Positions 1 to 11,500 of a DNA stretch of 64,000 bases are shown piece by piece. Where the stretch lies: positions 62,001 to 126,000 of the IMG/VR virus record IMGVR_UViG_3300027892_000017, one strand, 5' to 3'. The position numbers and the translations under genes are program-made. The notes under the pieces are model-generated. The model did not search any database and was not told the origin of the DNA. It was given only the letters and a program-made list of their open reading frames with translations. Position 1 is the first letter of the stretch, and each line of letters starts with the position of its first letter. This stretch comes from an uncultured virus (IMG/VR IMGVR_UViG_3300027892_000017) (taxonomy: Duplodnaviria > Heunggongvirae > Uroviricota > Caudoviricetes).

Positions 1-366
1 GTGGTCACAAGTTTTAGCATGTCACTGCCAAAGGATGTGCAGTATATCAGTACAACAGTTGCAGCTGGAAGTAGTTTGGGTGAAGTATCTGCACTAGCAT
101 CAACTTTGGCTGGTGCTAATTTAGGATCAGTTAGCGCAGCCGCAAGCGTAGTAGCTAAGGCAGGGTCTGCCTTAAATGTTATTTCAAATGTTAAAGATGC
201 TCTTGGTGGCGGTGCTGGCGGTATGGGAGTTCCAAGAGACAGTCATGTGCCAGTTAAGAGTGACTTAACAATTACCCTACAGCCAGTCTATAGTAAAGAA
301 GCAGTAAGACAATTTAGTTTGCGTAACTTTGTTAATGGCGCTTATGTAAGCAAAGGATACATTTAA
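1..366 (+). CDS. 5'-truncated tail/baseplate structural protein (C-terminal part)
   Basis: ORF is open at the window edge. Its stop overlaps the next start (TAATG). It sits directly upstream of the baseplate genes. Confidence 0.5.
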   Translation: MVTSFSMSLPKDVQYISTTVAAGSSLGEVSALASTLAGANLGSVSAAASVVAKAGSALNVISNVKDALGGGAGGMGVPRDSHVPVKSDLTITLQPVYSKEAVRQFSLRNFVNGAYVSKGYI

Positions 367-665
367 TGGCACAATATACAAATTTAAGTCCTTGGTTTAG
401 GACAACAATTTCAAGAAATACATTAGACGTATTGACAATTAGACCAGTTAGTTCTGAGGCGGATGATTTTCTTTATACGATTGAGCCGCAATACACATAT
501 AGGCCAGATTTATTAGCACATGACTTATATGGCGAATCAGCACTATGGTGGGTTTTTATTCAACGCAATTTAGACATATTACAAGATCCTATATTTGATT
601 TTATTCCAGGAACTCAAATTTTTATTCCAAAGAATTCAAGTCTTAGAGAAGTTTTAGGAAACTAA
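366..665 (+). CDS. Baseplate wedge protein, T4 gp53-like / LysM-like
   Basis: YRPDLLAHDLYG..LWWVF...N...DPIFDF.PG..IFIP pattern typical of gp53/tail-X LysM-like proteins; baseplate context. Confidence 0.75.
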   Translation: MAQYTNLSPWFRTTISRNTLDVLTIRPVSSEADDFLYTIEPQYTYRPDLLAHDLYGESALWWVFIQRNLDILQDPIFDFIPGTQIFIPKNSSLREVLGN

Positions 666-666
666 T

Positions 667-3066
667 ATGGCGTTTGATATACAATCAGCGGCGACCAACG
701 CAACGAGTACTGTAAAAAAAGCATTGGATGGCTCGGGAGTTGTTGCTGGGTTACAAAGTGCAGGCAATGCAATTAACGGTGTAAAAAACGCCCTATCTAG
801 TGGCGCAACGAATATTGCTGGTGCTCTAACAAATGCTATTCCTGGACAAGTAAAATCTTTAATAGAAGCAGTTCCTAAGATTGCAGATTTAAACATTGAG
901 TCTTTATTGAACGCAGCCAAAACTGTTGTTAATATTCCTGGCAAACCTCCCTTTCCAAACGTGCTGCATAATTTTGCTAGTTACAACTATGTTTGGACGT
1001 TGTCGGTACTAAGCCCGCAAGATTTGAATTTCCCAGATGAAAGCTATCGAAAAGGAAAATTGGGACCGATCATCCTTAAAAGCGGCAGCGGCAGTCCTAA
1101 TGATAGAATATCTACAACTTACAGATCATTTAGTAATCCCACTGGCAAGTTTGACTTCAACATTGAAGATGTTAGAATTAGCGGAATGATGGGCTTTGAT
1201 AAAACTACTGGCAATACCAACGCCACTGGAATTACATTCAATATCATTGAACCGTACAGCATGGGAATCTTTTTTGAATCGTTACAGATTGCTGCCTTAG
1301 AAGCCAAGTATATTAATTATTTAGAATGTCCTCTTTTACTTCGTTTGGAATTTAAAGGACACGTTGATGCTCAAAGACAAAACGTAATAATTCCAGGAAC
1401 TACAAAATATTTTCCATTAAAAATTAGAAATATCACAATGCGTGTTAGTGGTCAGGGTAGCGTGTATACGTGCGAAGCAATTCCTTGGAATGAAAAAGCA
1501 CATAATACAACATACAGTCAAGTTAAAACAGAAGTAAATGCTGCTGGTTCTACAGTCCAAGAAATGATTCAGACAGGTGCAAAGAGTGTACAAAAAGTTA
1601 TCAACGATAGATATCAAGAAGCAGTAAAGCGTAAAGACGTTACAGTGCCTGATCAAATTTTAATTTTATTCCCTAGTGATTTAAAAACTAGTGATTCTGC
1701 TAACGTAGATTCTGATAGTCAAGCTGCACCAACAGCAACAGTTGATCCTAAGAAAGAAGCTGGTGCAAACGGAAATGTGTTGACTAGATTAGGTGTTGTT
1801 AGAGGAACTGATGGATTTAATTTAGTACAAAACTCAAACATAAATCCCATTGGTATGGCCAGTATGGGATTCAACGAATATAGAAAGGGAGATGCAGCGT
1901 TTGGCAAAGATAATGAAGCTTATGATGCAGCTACTGGAACTTATAAACGCGGAAATATCAGTATAAGCAAAACATCTAGTGAAGCTAGATTTGCACAAGG
2001 CACTGATATTCCAAATATTATAAATCAAATTATATTAGCAAGCGATTACGGTAGACAAGCTCTTGATCCTGATAAAATTAGCGATGATGGATTTATCAAT
2101 TGGTGGAAAATTGAAACACAAGTCTATATTATGGATAGTGATGCTGATTTAAACACCACTGGCCGTAAACCTAATTTAGTAGTTTATAGAGTGATACCAC
2201 ACCGAGTACACCATAGTAAATTCATGCAGCCAAATGAAGCAGCCAAAGGCGTTGAAAAACTTAAATTACAAGCAATTAAAGAATACAACTACTTGTATAC
2301 AGCAAAGAATTTAGATATTATTAATTTTAATATTGAATTTAATGCCGCGTTTTATACAGCACTCAACGCTGACGGCGGTAAAAACAACATTGACGTTAAT
2401 AGAGCAGGGGAAACTGGTAATGCCGCAGCTAAAAATGCTCCGCCAGAAGCCGACGCTAACAGAGAAGCTCCAGTAACAGGATCTAAAGTTGAATTAGGAA
2501 CTGTGCCTACTTCAGCAATTAAAGATAAAGTTGGAACTCGAACAGGGGGTTTGGGCGGCCCTGGTGGTGATGACCCAGCAACAATGGCAGCTAGACAGTT
2601 TCAAGATGCTATTACAGAAGGCGCCGACATGGTCCAATTAGATATGGAAATCATAGGAGATCCTTATTTCCTTGGCGATAGCGGCATGGGAAATTACTCG
2701 GCCCAAGCAACTAATTTAAAAGGCATTAATGCTGACGGTGGTATCAATAATCAAGACGGACAAACTTATATAAATGTAAGATTTAGGAATCCTGTGGACA
2801 TCAACAGTCATACTGGCAGATATGATTTTCCAGGAGGCAGTCTAGTTCCACAGTTTAGTGGACTTTACATGGTTACTAAAGTTGAAAATATGTTCAATAA
2901 GGGACAGTTTAAACAGACACTATCTTTAAATAGAATGGTTGGACAAGATGTTAAAGATGACGGCAGTTCTGGAAAAACTCTAGTGTCTAAAATTGTTGAC
3001 AAATTTAATCCAAACGATCCAAAATCTTATCAAGCTAACGATGTTAGCGGAAACGAAGGCGCATAA
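667..3066 (+). CDS. Baseplate hub protein (gp27/gpD-like), 799 aa
   Basis: C-terminal IIGDP...FSGLYMVTKVENMF..GQFKQTLSL hub-type motif; immediately upstream of the gp5-like gene. Confidence 0.6.
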   Translation: MAFDIQSAATNATSTVKKALDGSGVVAGLQSAGNAINGVKNALSSGATNIAGALTNAIPGQVKSLIEAVPKIADLNIESLLNAAKTVVNIPGKPPFPNVLHNFASYNYVWTLSVLSPQDLNFPDESYRKGKLGPIILKSGSGSPNDRISTTYRSFSNPTGKFDFNIEDVRISGMMGFDKTTGNTNATGITFNIIEPYSMGIFFESLQIAALEAKYINYLECPLLLRLEFKGHVDAQRQNVIIPGTTKYFPLKIRNITMRVSGQGSVYTCEAIPWNEKAHNTTYSQVKTEVNAAGSTVQEMIQTGAKSVQKVINDRYQEAVKRKDVTVPDQILILFPSDLKTSDSANVDSDSQAAPTATVDPKKEAGANGNVLTRLGVVRGTDGFNLVQNSNINPIGMASMGFNEYRKGDAAFGKDNEAYDAATGTYKRGNISISKTSSEARFAQGTDIPNIINQIILASDYGRQALDPDKISDDGFINWWKIETQVYIMDSDADLNTTGRKPNLVVYRVIPHRVHHSKFMQPNEAAKGVEKLKLQAIKEYNYLYTAKNLDIINFNIEFNAAFYTALNADGGKNNIDVNRAGETGNAAAKNAPPEADANREAPVTGSKVELGTVPTSAIKDKVGTRTGGLGGPGGDDPATMAARQFQDAITEGADMVQLDMEIIGDPYFLGDSGMGNYSAQATNLKGINADGGINNQDGQTYINVRFRNPVDINSHTGRYDFPGGSLVPQFSGLYMVTKVENMFNKGQFKQTLSLNRMVGQDVKDDGSSGKTLVSKIVDKFNPNDPKSYQANDVSGNEGA

Positions 3067-4556
3067 TGGCAGAAGAAACCAGAACTGGTATAGGTTCACA
3101 AGGCAATAACCCTGGACCGTTTTTAGCAAAAGTAATTAGTCACCTTGATCCTACTTATATGGGATCTCTAGAAGTGCAACTACTGCATGAAGTTGGTAAT
3201 GATCCAGGTTCAGAAGGTCAAACGTCAGTAGTAAAATACATGAGCCCGTTTATGGGTTCAACCAGCATTGACTTTGTTGGTGAGGATGAAACATACGATA
3301 ACGCACAAAAGTCTTATGGCATGTGGATGATCCCCCCTGATCCAGGATCTACAGTAGTTGTGTTTTTTATTGAAGGCGACCCACGTAAGGGTTTTTGGAT
3401 AGGGTGTGTTCAAGATGAAAACATGAACTTTATGATGCCAGGTTTGGCAGCAACATCTTATAATATAGATGGTGATGAAGAACGTGTGCCAGTTGCAGAA
3501 TATAATAAAACAGCAATTACGTCAGGGCATAATGACAGTACTAAAAATAGAAAAGCACAACATCCTTTTACAAAAGTTTTATCTGATCAAGGACTTCTAA
3601 AAGACGATATTAGGGGTATAACAACTTCCAGTGCCCGCAGAGAAACACCAAGTATGGTGTTTGGTATCAGCACTCCAGGGCCAATTGATAAGAAAGGTCC
3701 CAAAGGATCCATTGGCAAATCTGAAGATGAGATTCCTGGAGCATTTGTTAGCCGACTTGGCGGCACTACGTTTGTCATGGATGACGGCGACGACAAATTC
3801 ACACGCAAGACTCCAGCAAACGAAGGCCCGCCAGAATACGCAAGTCTTGAACAAGATGAGACTGACGGTGATCCAGCAATACCTCACAATGAATTAGTTC
3901 GCATTAGAACAAGGACTGGACATCAAATTTTAATGCACAACAGCGAAGATTTGATTTACATTGGAAATGCTAGTGGAACAACTTGGATTGAACTAACCAG
4001 CAACGGTAAAATAGACATTTTTGCAACAGATAGTATAAGCATTAGAACCAAAGCAGACTTTAATTTTTATGCTGATAGAGATATTAATTTTGAAGCTAAA
4101 CGCAATGTCAATATAAAAGCTGGAGTAGAAATGCAACTTGAATCTGGCACTAACTATAGCGTTATTGCAGGAACCAATGGAAAAATTACGATTGGCGGCA
4201 CAATGGACCTAAACGTTACTGGGGCATATAAAGAAACTGCTTCTCGTATAGATATGAATGGCCCAGCAGCAGCGAAAGCAGTTAGAATAAAAACACATAA
4301 CTTGCCTGACGTCGCTACACCTGGTGCGGATATGACTGAAATGACGTCAATTATGCGAAGAGCCCCAACTGCTGAGCCTTACCCTCAGCATGAAAATTTA
4401 GATCCAACTAAAGTTACACCAGCTAAAACTAACAGAGATTCTGGAGGAAGAACTGGTGCAGGTGCTACAACTGATATGGGTTTTGCAGGCACAAAATATA
4501 AAGAGTACACTACAGTTACTGATACCTTTAGTAAAATACAAGGTGCTGAAGGGTAA
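3066..4556 (+). CDS. Baseplate central spike, gp5/VgrG-like (OB fold plus beta-helix)
   Basis: PPDPGSTVVVFFIEGD OB-fold motif, RTRTGHQILM...WIEL..NGKIDI beta-strand repeats, C-terminal EPYPQHEN. Confidence 0.75.
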   Translation: MAEETRTGIGSQGNNPGPFLAKVISHLDPTYMGSLEVQLLHEVGNDPGSEGQTSVVKYMSPFMGSTSIDFVGEDETYDNAQKSYGMWMIPPDPGSTVVVFFIEGDPRKGFWIGCVQDENMNFMMPGLAATSYNIDGDEERVPVAEYNKTAITSGHNDSTKNRKAQHPFTKVLSDQGLLKDDIRGITTSSARRETPSMVFGISTPGPIDKKGPKGSIGKSEDEIPGAFVSRLGGTTFVMDDGDDKFTRKTPANEGPPEYASLEQDETDGDPAIPHNELVRIRTRTGHQILMHNSEDLIYIGNASGTTWIELTSNGKIDIFATDSISIRTKADFNFYADRDINFEAKRNVNIKAGVEMQLESGTNYSVIAGTNGKITIGGTMDLNVTGAYKETASRIDMNGPAAAKAVRIKTHNLPDVATPGADMTEMTSIMRRAPTAEPYPQHENLDPTKVTPAKTNRDSGGRTGAGATTDMGFAGTKYKEYTTVTDTFSKIQGAEG

Positions 4557-4559
4557 ATA
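4554..4559 (+). promoter_or_regulatory. Putative late promoter (TAAATA)
   Basis: TAAATA overlaps the gp5-like stop and lies 5 nt before the gp25-like ATG. The same motif precedes several other structural genes. Confidence 0.45.
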
Positions 4560-4564
4560 TTGAT

Positions 4565-5008
4565 ATGACATCAAGTTCACGTTTGTACGATAAAATAACG
4601 GTCCAAGGCAAAGACCCTAAACGTTCTGCGCCTATTCCAAGAACATATCGAGGATTTAGTACAATCAGCGCAGACAGTGAAAGTTATACACTGTTTGACT
4701 TGGCGTTAATCAAGCAAGATATTATTAACCATTTTCATATTCGCCAGGGCGAACGTTTAATGAATCCAGAATTTGGCACAATCATATGGGACTTGCTTTT
4801 TGAGCCTTTAACTGAAGAACTAAAGGCCATCATTATTCAAAACGTGGAAACTATTATTAATTACGATCCACGAGTACGTGCAGAAAACGTTATTGTAACT
4901 ACCTACGACAGCGGTTTACAAATTGAGTGTACACTGACTTACATGCCTTATAATATTTCAGAAACATTACAGTTTAAATTTGACCAAACAAACGGTCTTA
5001 TTAATTAA
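4565..5008 (+). CDS. Baseplate wedge subunit, gp25/GPW family
   Basis: IRQGERLMNPEFGTIIWDLLFEP...YDPRV signature. Confidence 0.9.
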   Translation: MTSSSRLYDKITVQGKDPKRSAPIPRTYRGFSTISADSESYTLFDLALIKQDIINHFHIRQGERLMNPEFGTIIWDLLFEPLTEELKAIIIQNVETIINYDPRVRAENVIVTTYDSGLQIECTLTYMPYNISETLQFKFDQTNGLIN

Positions 5009-5030
5009 AACCCCATAAAATAAAAACCGC

Positions 5031-5036
5031 TAAATA
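5031..5036 (+). promoter_or_regulatory. Putative late promoter (TAAATA)
   Basis: Intergenic TAAATA upstream of the gp6-like gene; matches the core of the T4 late consensus TATAAATA. Confidence 0.6.
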
Positions 5037-5057
5037 TACTTGATATAGGAAGCGGAT

Positions 5058-8000
5058 ATGTCCTCAACTGATAGACAAAATAGATTACTAGTAGCAGAAG
5101 ATTGGAAGCGGGTATACCAGAGCTTCCGAAATGCAGACTTCCAAAGTTACGACTTTGAGAATCTGCGCCGAGTAATGATTAATTACTTGCGCGAAAATTA
5201 CCCAGAAGATTATAACGATTATATTGAGTCAAGCGAATATCTTGCTTTAATTGATATGATTGCCTTCTTAGGGCAAAGCATAGCTTTCCGAGTTGATTTA
5301 AATGCTCGAGAAAACTTTTTAGAACTTGCAGAACGTCGAGAAAGCGTATTAAGGCTTGCAAGGCTTTTAAGTTATAATGCCAAGAGAAACATTCCCGCCA
5401 GCGGACTCCTTAAATTCCAAAGCGTAAGCACAACTCAAACAGTCATTGACAGCAATGGTAGAAATCTTGCTGGGCAAGTTGTTGTGTGGAATGATCCAGC
5501 AAATACAAACTGGTATGATCAATTTATTAAAGTAATAAATTCTGCAACTCCTGCATCTAGCCAGTTTGGCACCCCAGATGATAAATCAATCGTCTACGGG
5601 ATTCCAACAGAACAGTATCGATTTCAAACTTATAGTGCTGGCGTACCAGTTTTTGGATTTACAAAAACAGTTGATGGCAGAAATATGAATTTTGAAATTG
5701 TTAGTACAATTATTGATTCAGGAACTACAATCATTGAGGATGCCCCTCAAGCTGGAAAGACACTATCTTTCCTATATCGAGATGATGGTAAAGGATCAGC
5801 AAGTCCAACGTCTGGGTTTTTCTTACATTTCAAACAAGGTAATCTAAACACTGGAACATTTACTATCACGCAACCTAGTACTAATGAAATCATTGACATT
5901 GATGCAACTAATGTAAATGACAGTGATGTGTGGTTATACAAGTTAGGTTCAACTGGTGTTGAAAGCGAGCTATGGGCAAAGGTTCCTAGTTTTGAAGGCA
6001 ACAATGTTATCTATAACAGTTTGAATAAAAATATCCGTAATATTTACGGAGTAGTTACTCGCAATAATGATAGAGTAAGTTTAACATTTAGTGATGGAAC
6101 ATTTGGAACATTACCCCTTGGAACCTTTAGAACTTATTATAGGATTAGTAACGGATTACAATATACAATAAATCCTAAAGATATTAGGAACGTTAGCATT
6201 GATATTCCATATATTTCAAATGTAGGACAAGCAGAAGTATTAACAATTACACTTGCACTACAAAGTTCTATTACAAATAGCTCTGCGACTGAATCAAATG
6301 CTAGCATTAAACAAAATGCGCCAGCAACATACTATACACAAAATCGTATGATTACTGGCGAGGACTATAATATTAGCCCTCTTAGCGTCAGTCAAGAAGT
6401 AGTTAAAATTAAAGCGGTTAATCGTACATCAAGCGGCATTAGTCGATATTTTGATTTAGTTGACCCAACTGGAAAATATTCAAGTACAAACTTATTTGGC
6501 GATGACGGGATTGTATACAAAGAATTGTTTGATGATAGTTTTAGATTTAGCTACTCATCAAGAACAGACATTGAAGCAATAATTTATAATCAAATTATTG
6601 ACGTTCTTTCAGAAACTTCTTTACGTAATTTTTATTATTCAAACTTTAGTAAAATTGCTACAGACAGTTTAAGTATTTCGTGGTTCCAGAAAACATCTGA
6701 CACCAGTGAAAGTACTGGCTATGTTGGCGATACAGTTGATTCAGAGCCCTATCGAACTGGTGTTTTTGCAGCAACTGATTTGCAATATTTTGAACCAGGG
6801 GCATTAGTTAAGTTTGTAGCTCCAGCAGGAACTTATTTTTTAAAATCTGAAAACAATAAGATAGTGTATGGTGACGCTACAGTGCCTAACTCTTCAACTG
6901 TGCTATGGGCCAAAGTTGTTGGCGTTATTGGCGACGGGACCAATAACGGTACTGGTGTATTATCTGATGGTTCTGGACCAGTGACTCTCAATGTAAATAT
7001 TCCGCAAACTGCAATTGTTTCTCAAATTATTCCTAAATGGCGCACCACTATTGATGCTAACACTATTAGCTCAATGATAGAATTAATTTATGCTAACAAG
7101 CCTTTTGGGTTAAGATATGATACAATTTCAAAAACTTGGAAAATTGTATTTGAAGGAAATTTAAATATTAAAGATGAATTTAGTTTGGGCAAACAAGGCA
7201 ATAATACCAATCAACAATTAGATTCAAGTTGGTTGCTATTGTTTACTACTGACACTGAATTTTATACAGTAAAAAGTAGACGACTACGTTACATATTTGA
7301 AAGTAAACAACAAATTAGATTTTATTATGATTCTTCAAATAAAATATTTGACAGTAGATCTAATTCAATCGTCAAAGACAAAATTAAAGTATTGAATGTC
7401 AATACTAAACCAGATGTTACATCAGCATTTACATACGACTTAGTATGGGAAATTAACAAAGAATTTGTTGGTCTTGATGGCTACGTTGATACTAAGAAAA
7501 TTGAACTATCATTTAGTGACAGCAATGACGATGGAATTGTTGACGACCCAGAGTTGTTTGAAGTGATTGTAGATACAGCAACATCGCCACTGACAAAATA
7601 CATAGTTTTAGAAAGATACGATATTGCAGCTGGACAACAAGATTATAGATATATCAGCAATGATTCTGATCTTGTGTTAATTTTAACTACTGAGGGAACC
7701 GTAGGATCATTTGCTCCGTATGTTAACGGTCAATATTTTTATTTTATTGACACTAGAACAGTTAAAAAATTAGACAAAGTAGTTGGAAAGTTAACACCGT
7801 CATTGGATTATAAAGTTTTTTCTGGTCGAGACGGTTTAAAATTCCAGTACGTGCATAGTGCAGATTATGAAACACGTATTGATCCAGGACTGAGCAACAT
7901 CGTTGACTTGTTTATCCTAACAAGAGAATATGATACAAAATTTAGACAATGGGTTTTAGGAAATCTAACTACAGAACCACTACCATCCAGTACTGACCAG

Positions 8001-8513
8001 TTATCACTGTCGTTATCCCCGTCTTTAAACACAATTAAATCAATTAGTGATGAGATTGTTTATCACCCAGTGAGGTATAAAGTGTTATTTGGATCTAAAG
8101 CATCTGCTGATGTTAGAGCAGCATTTAAAATTATTAAAAATGCAGAGCAAACAATTAGTGATAACGAAATTAAAGCCAACGTATTAACAGCAATTAATGA
8201 ATTTTTTGCTTTAGAAAATTGGGACTTTGGTGATAGTTTTTACTTCTCTGAATTATCAGCGTATGTCATGAATCGAACTTCTCCGTATCTAGTAAATTTT
8301 GTCATTGTTCCTAGACAAACAAATTTAAGTTTTGGTAGCTTGTTTGAAATTAAATCAGAAAGTGACCAACTCTTTATTAACGGAGCAACAACTGACGATA
8401 TTGAAATTATTTCAGGCATAACGTCGAGTGTCATTTCAGCTTCAGGAAATCTTGCATCTAGCTCAAATGTTACATCACAACAAACTATTACAAGTAAAAG
8501 CGGGAGTTATTAA
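5058..8513 (+). CDS. Baseplate wedge protein, T4 gp6-like, 1151 aa
   Basis: DFQSYDFENLR, ARENFLELAERRESVLRLARLLSY, FSDGTFG and QNRMITGEDY motifs of the gp6/baseplate-J family. Confidence 0.85.
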   Translation: MSSTDRQNRLLVAEDWKRVYQSFRNADFQSYDFENLRRVMINYLRENYPEDYNDYIESSEYLALIDMIAFLGQSIAFRVDLNARENFLELAERRESVLRLARLLSYNAKRNIPASGLLKFQSVSTTQTVIDSNGRNLAGQVVVWNDPANTNWYDQFIKVINSATPASSQFGTPDDKSIVYGIPTEQYRFQTYSAGVPVFGFTKTVDGRNMNFEIVSTIIDSGTTIIEDAPQAGKTLSFLYRDDGKGSASPTSGFFLHFKQGNLNTGTFTITQPSTNEIIDIDATNVNDSDVWLYKLGSTGVESELWAKVPSFEGNNVIYNSLNKNIRNIYGVVTRNNDRVSLTFSDGTFGTLPLGTFRTYYRISNGLQYTINPKDIRNVSIDIPYISNVGQAEVLTITLALQSSITNSSATESNASIKQNAPATYYTQNRMITGEDYNISPLSVSQEVVKIKAVNRTSSGISRYFDLVDPTGKYSSTNLFGDDGIVYKELFDDSFRFSYSSRTDIEAIIYNQIIDVLSETSLRNFYYSNFSKIATDSLSISWFQKTSDTSESTGYVGDTVDSEPYRTGVFAATDLQYFEPGALVKFVAPAGTYFLKSENNKIVYGDATVPNSSTVLWAKVVGVIGDGTNNGTGVLSDGSGPVTLNVNIPQTAIVSQIIPKWRTTIDANTISSMIELIYANKPFGLRYDTISKTWKIVFEGNLNIKDEFSLGKQGNNTNQQLDSSWLLLFTTDTEFYTVKSRRLRYIFESKQQIRFYYDSSNKIFDSRSNSIVKDKIKVLNVNTKPDVTSAFTYDLVWEINKEFVGLDGYVDTKKIELSFSDSNDDGIVDDPELFEVIVDTATSPLTKYIVLERYDIAAGQQDYRYISNDSDLVLILTTEGTVGSFAPYVNGQYFYFIDTRTVKKLDKVVGKLTPSLDYKVFSGRDGLKFQYVHSADYETRIDPGLSNIVDLFILTREYDTKFRQWVLGNLTTEPLPSSTDQLSLSLSPSLNTIKSISDEIVYHPVRYKVLFGSKASADVRAAFKIIKNAEQTISDNEIKANVLTAINEFFALENWDFGDSFYFSELSAYVMNRTSPYLVNFVIVPRQTNLSFGSLFEIKSESDQLFINGATTDDIEIISGITSSVISASGNLASSSNVTSQQTITSKSGSY

Positions 8514-11500
8514 TGGCTGAACAACAAAACGAATACGGACTTCCTATTGGCAAGGGCGAAAAACGCCGCACTGCAAAATTGTTGCCAAGATTTTATAGAA
8601 CAGAATCTAACAAGAAGTTTATTCAAGCCACCATTGATCAGTTAACACAGTCTGGTACAGTAAAAAAGTTAAACGGTTTTATTGGCAGACAAAATGCCAA
8701 AGCTGTTACAACTAATGATGTTTTTATTGAAGAACCAACGTTAGACAGACAGCACTATCAACTAGAGCCTGCGGCAGTAGTTAAAGATACACTGGGAAAT
8801 ATTACATTTTTTAAAGATTATATTGACTATGTCAATACTGTTGATGTATTGGGCGGCATAACTAAAAACCATCAAAAATTAAATAAACAAGAATTTTATT
8901 CTTGGAATCCACATATAAATTGGGATAAATTTGTCAACTTCCAACAATATTATTGGATGCCATATGGCCCAGCAGTTATTAAAGTACTTGGCCAACAACA
9001 ACAAGTTACAAGCACGTACACTGTGCAACTATCTGACGAAGGAGACAACAGGGCATACTTGTTCACACCAGATGCGTTGACTAGAAATCCCACGTTAACT
9101 TTGTATAGAGGTCAAACATATAAATTTGAAATCACTGCCCCTGGAGAACCTTTTAGTATTAAGACTCAGCGCCAAGCAGGTGAGTTGTATAGATATACAG
9201 ATGGTGTTGATTTGTCTGAGGTTGAATCTGGAACAATTACATTTACAGTTCCAGTAGATGCTCCCAATGTTCTATATTATGTCAGTGAAAACTCGCCAGA
9301 TACCGGCGGTGTTTGGGAAATATACGACATTGATGAAAATACTGTAATTGACGTTGCATCTGAAATCATAGGTAAAAAAACGTACACGTTATCAACTGGT
9401 GTCGAATTAAGCAACGGTATGAAATTGACTTTTGGTGGAAACGTAAGTCCTGCATTATATACAACTGGGTCTTTTTATGTAGAAGGTGTAGGTGAACAAA
9501 TAAAATTAGTTCCAGAATCTAAATTAGAAATTGTATCTGCATATTCAGCAGCGAGTCAAGTTTTATTTGATGATGCTGGTTTTGATTCAATGCCATTCAG
9601 CGATGCAACATCATTTGCTGGACAGAAAGATTACATTACAATTAACCGTTCAAATTCTGACGGAAACCCTTGGAGCAGATATAATCGTTGGTTCCATCAA
9701 GATGTTATATCTAAAAGCGCAGAAGCTGCTGGGATACCAATTGAACTAGATCAAACTAGACGTGCAACACGACCAATTATTGAATTTGAATCAAATCTTA
9801 AATTGTTCAACTTTGGCTACGCATCTAAGAATGATGTTGATTTAATTGACACATTCACAACAGATGTATTTTCGACAATTGAAGGATCTTTGGGATACAA
9901 CGTTGATAACGTTCCGTTAGCCCAAGGGCAGAGAATCTTATTCACAGCAGATTCTGATTCATTAGTCAACAACAAGATTTTTAAAGTGACATTTATCACA
10001 GTTACACCTGTGGGTGGTGCTGGACCAGTTAGACAAATTCACCTAGTTGACGAGTCTGATACAGACGCCCTATATGGCGAATCTGTTGTTATTAGAAGTG
10101 GTAGATTAAATCAAGGAAAAATGTATTGGTTTAACGGAAGCACATGGAAATTATCACAACAAAAAACAACAGTTAATCAAAAGCCATTATTTGATTTGTT
10201 TGACAGTGACGGCGTATCTATTTCTAATAATACAACCTATCCAGGGTCTACATTTTCAGGTAACACTATCTTTTCATATAAAGAAGGTTCAGGTGTTACT
10301 GATGCAGTATTAGGAATTCCGTTGTCCTATAGGAATATTAGTAACATTGGTGATATTGTTTTTACCTTTGATTTATTACAAAATACATTTTCCTACAAAG
10401 ACGGTGTTGATGTTGTAACAAAGAATACTGATTCTGCTTTCCTTAAAATCATTACGGGATTAGATGCTGGAGAATATGTTAACGGTTGGATCACCAATCA
10501 ATTAGAGAATACCCAGCCCATTGTTAGAATATTTAAAAATAGCGGGCTTACCAACAACTTCCCAATTGATGTTTATGATGACATTGGAAATCTAAGTGAT
10601 TTAGAAGTGAGAGTGTATGTTAACGGTAAAAGGATTGACAAATCTTTCTGGTCAATCGTTGATGCAGTACGATATAAAAAAGTCGTAATAAATTCAAATC
10701 TTATTAACATTACGTCTGACGATGTAATTACTTTACGTTGCTTCTCATCACAAGATAAAAATGCTAACGGTCATTATGAATTGCCAATAAACTTTCAAAA
10801 TAACCCGCTAAACAACAACGTTAATACTTTTACATTAGGAGAAGTTATTGACCACGTTGATTCAATTGTTGATAATCTTCCAACGTTTAATGGAACATAT
10901 CCGGGTAATAATAATCTTAGAGATCAAGGATTCTTATCTACATTTGGAACAAAATTTGTACAGCATAGTGGACCAGTTAACTTTGGATTATATCATTTAA
11001 CATCAAAAAATTCTAATATTGTTAAAGCATTGAATCAAACCAGAGACGATTATGGTAGATTCAAAAGAAATTTTATTAGTGTTGCAACAAGTATTTCAGA
11101 TGACTTGCCTACTAAAGAAATCGTTGATAAAATTATTTTAGAAATTAATAAAGATAAACCAAAAACGTTTCCATATTATTTTAGTGATATGGCAGGAACT
11201 GGCGCTGCAACTAAAAATGATTATAAAGTTGTTGATTTTAGAATTAAAACATATCCATTGTCTTCAGCATTTTCGTTAAACACATTATCAAATAAAGCAG
11301 TTAACATTTATGTAAACGGCGTTCAATTGATTTACTCAAAAGATTACTCTTTTGATGACACTGGATTTGTTATTATATCAGATACTTATAATTTAGTAGA
11401 CAATGATATAATTACCATTTATGAGTATGAAAGTACGGATGGTTGCTTTATTCCACCAACGCCAACATCTTTTGGAATCTGGCCTAAATTTGAACCTAAA

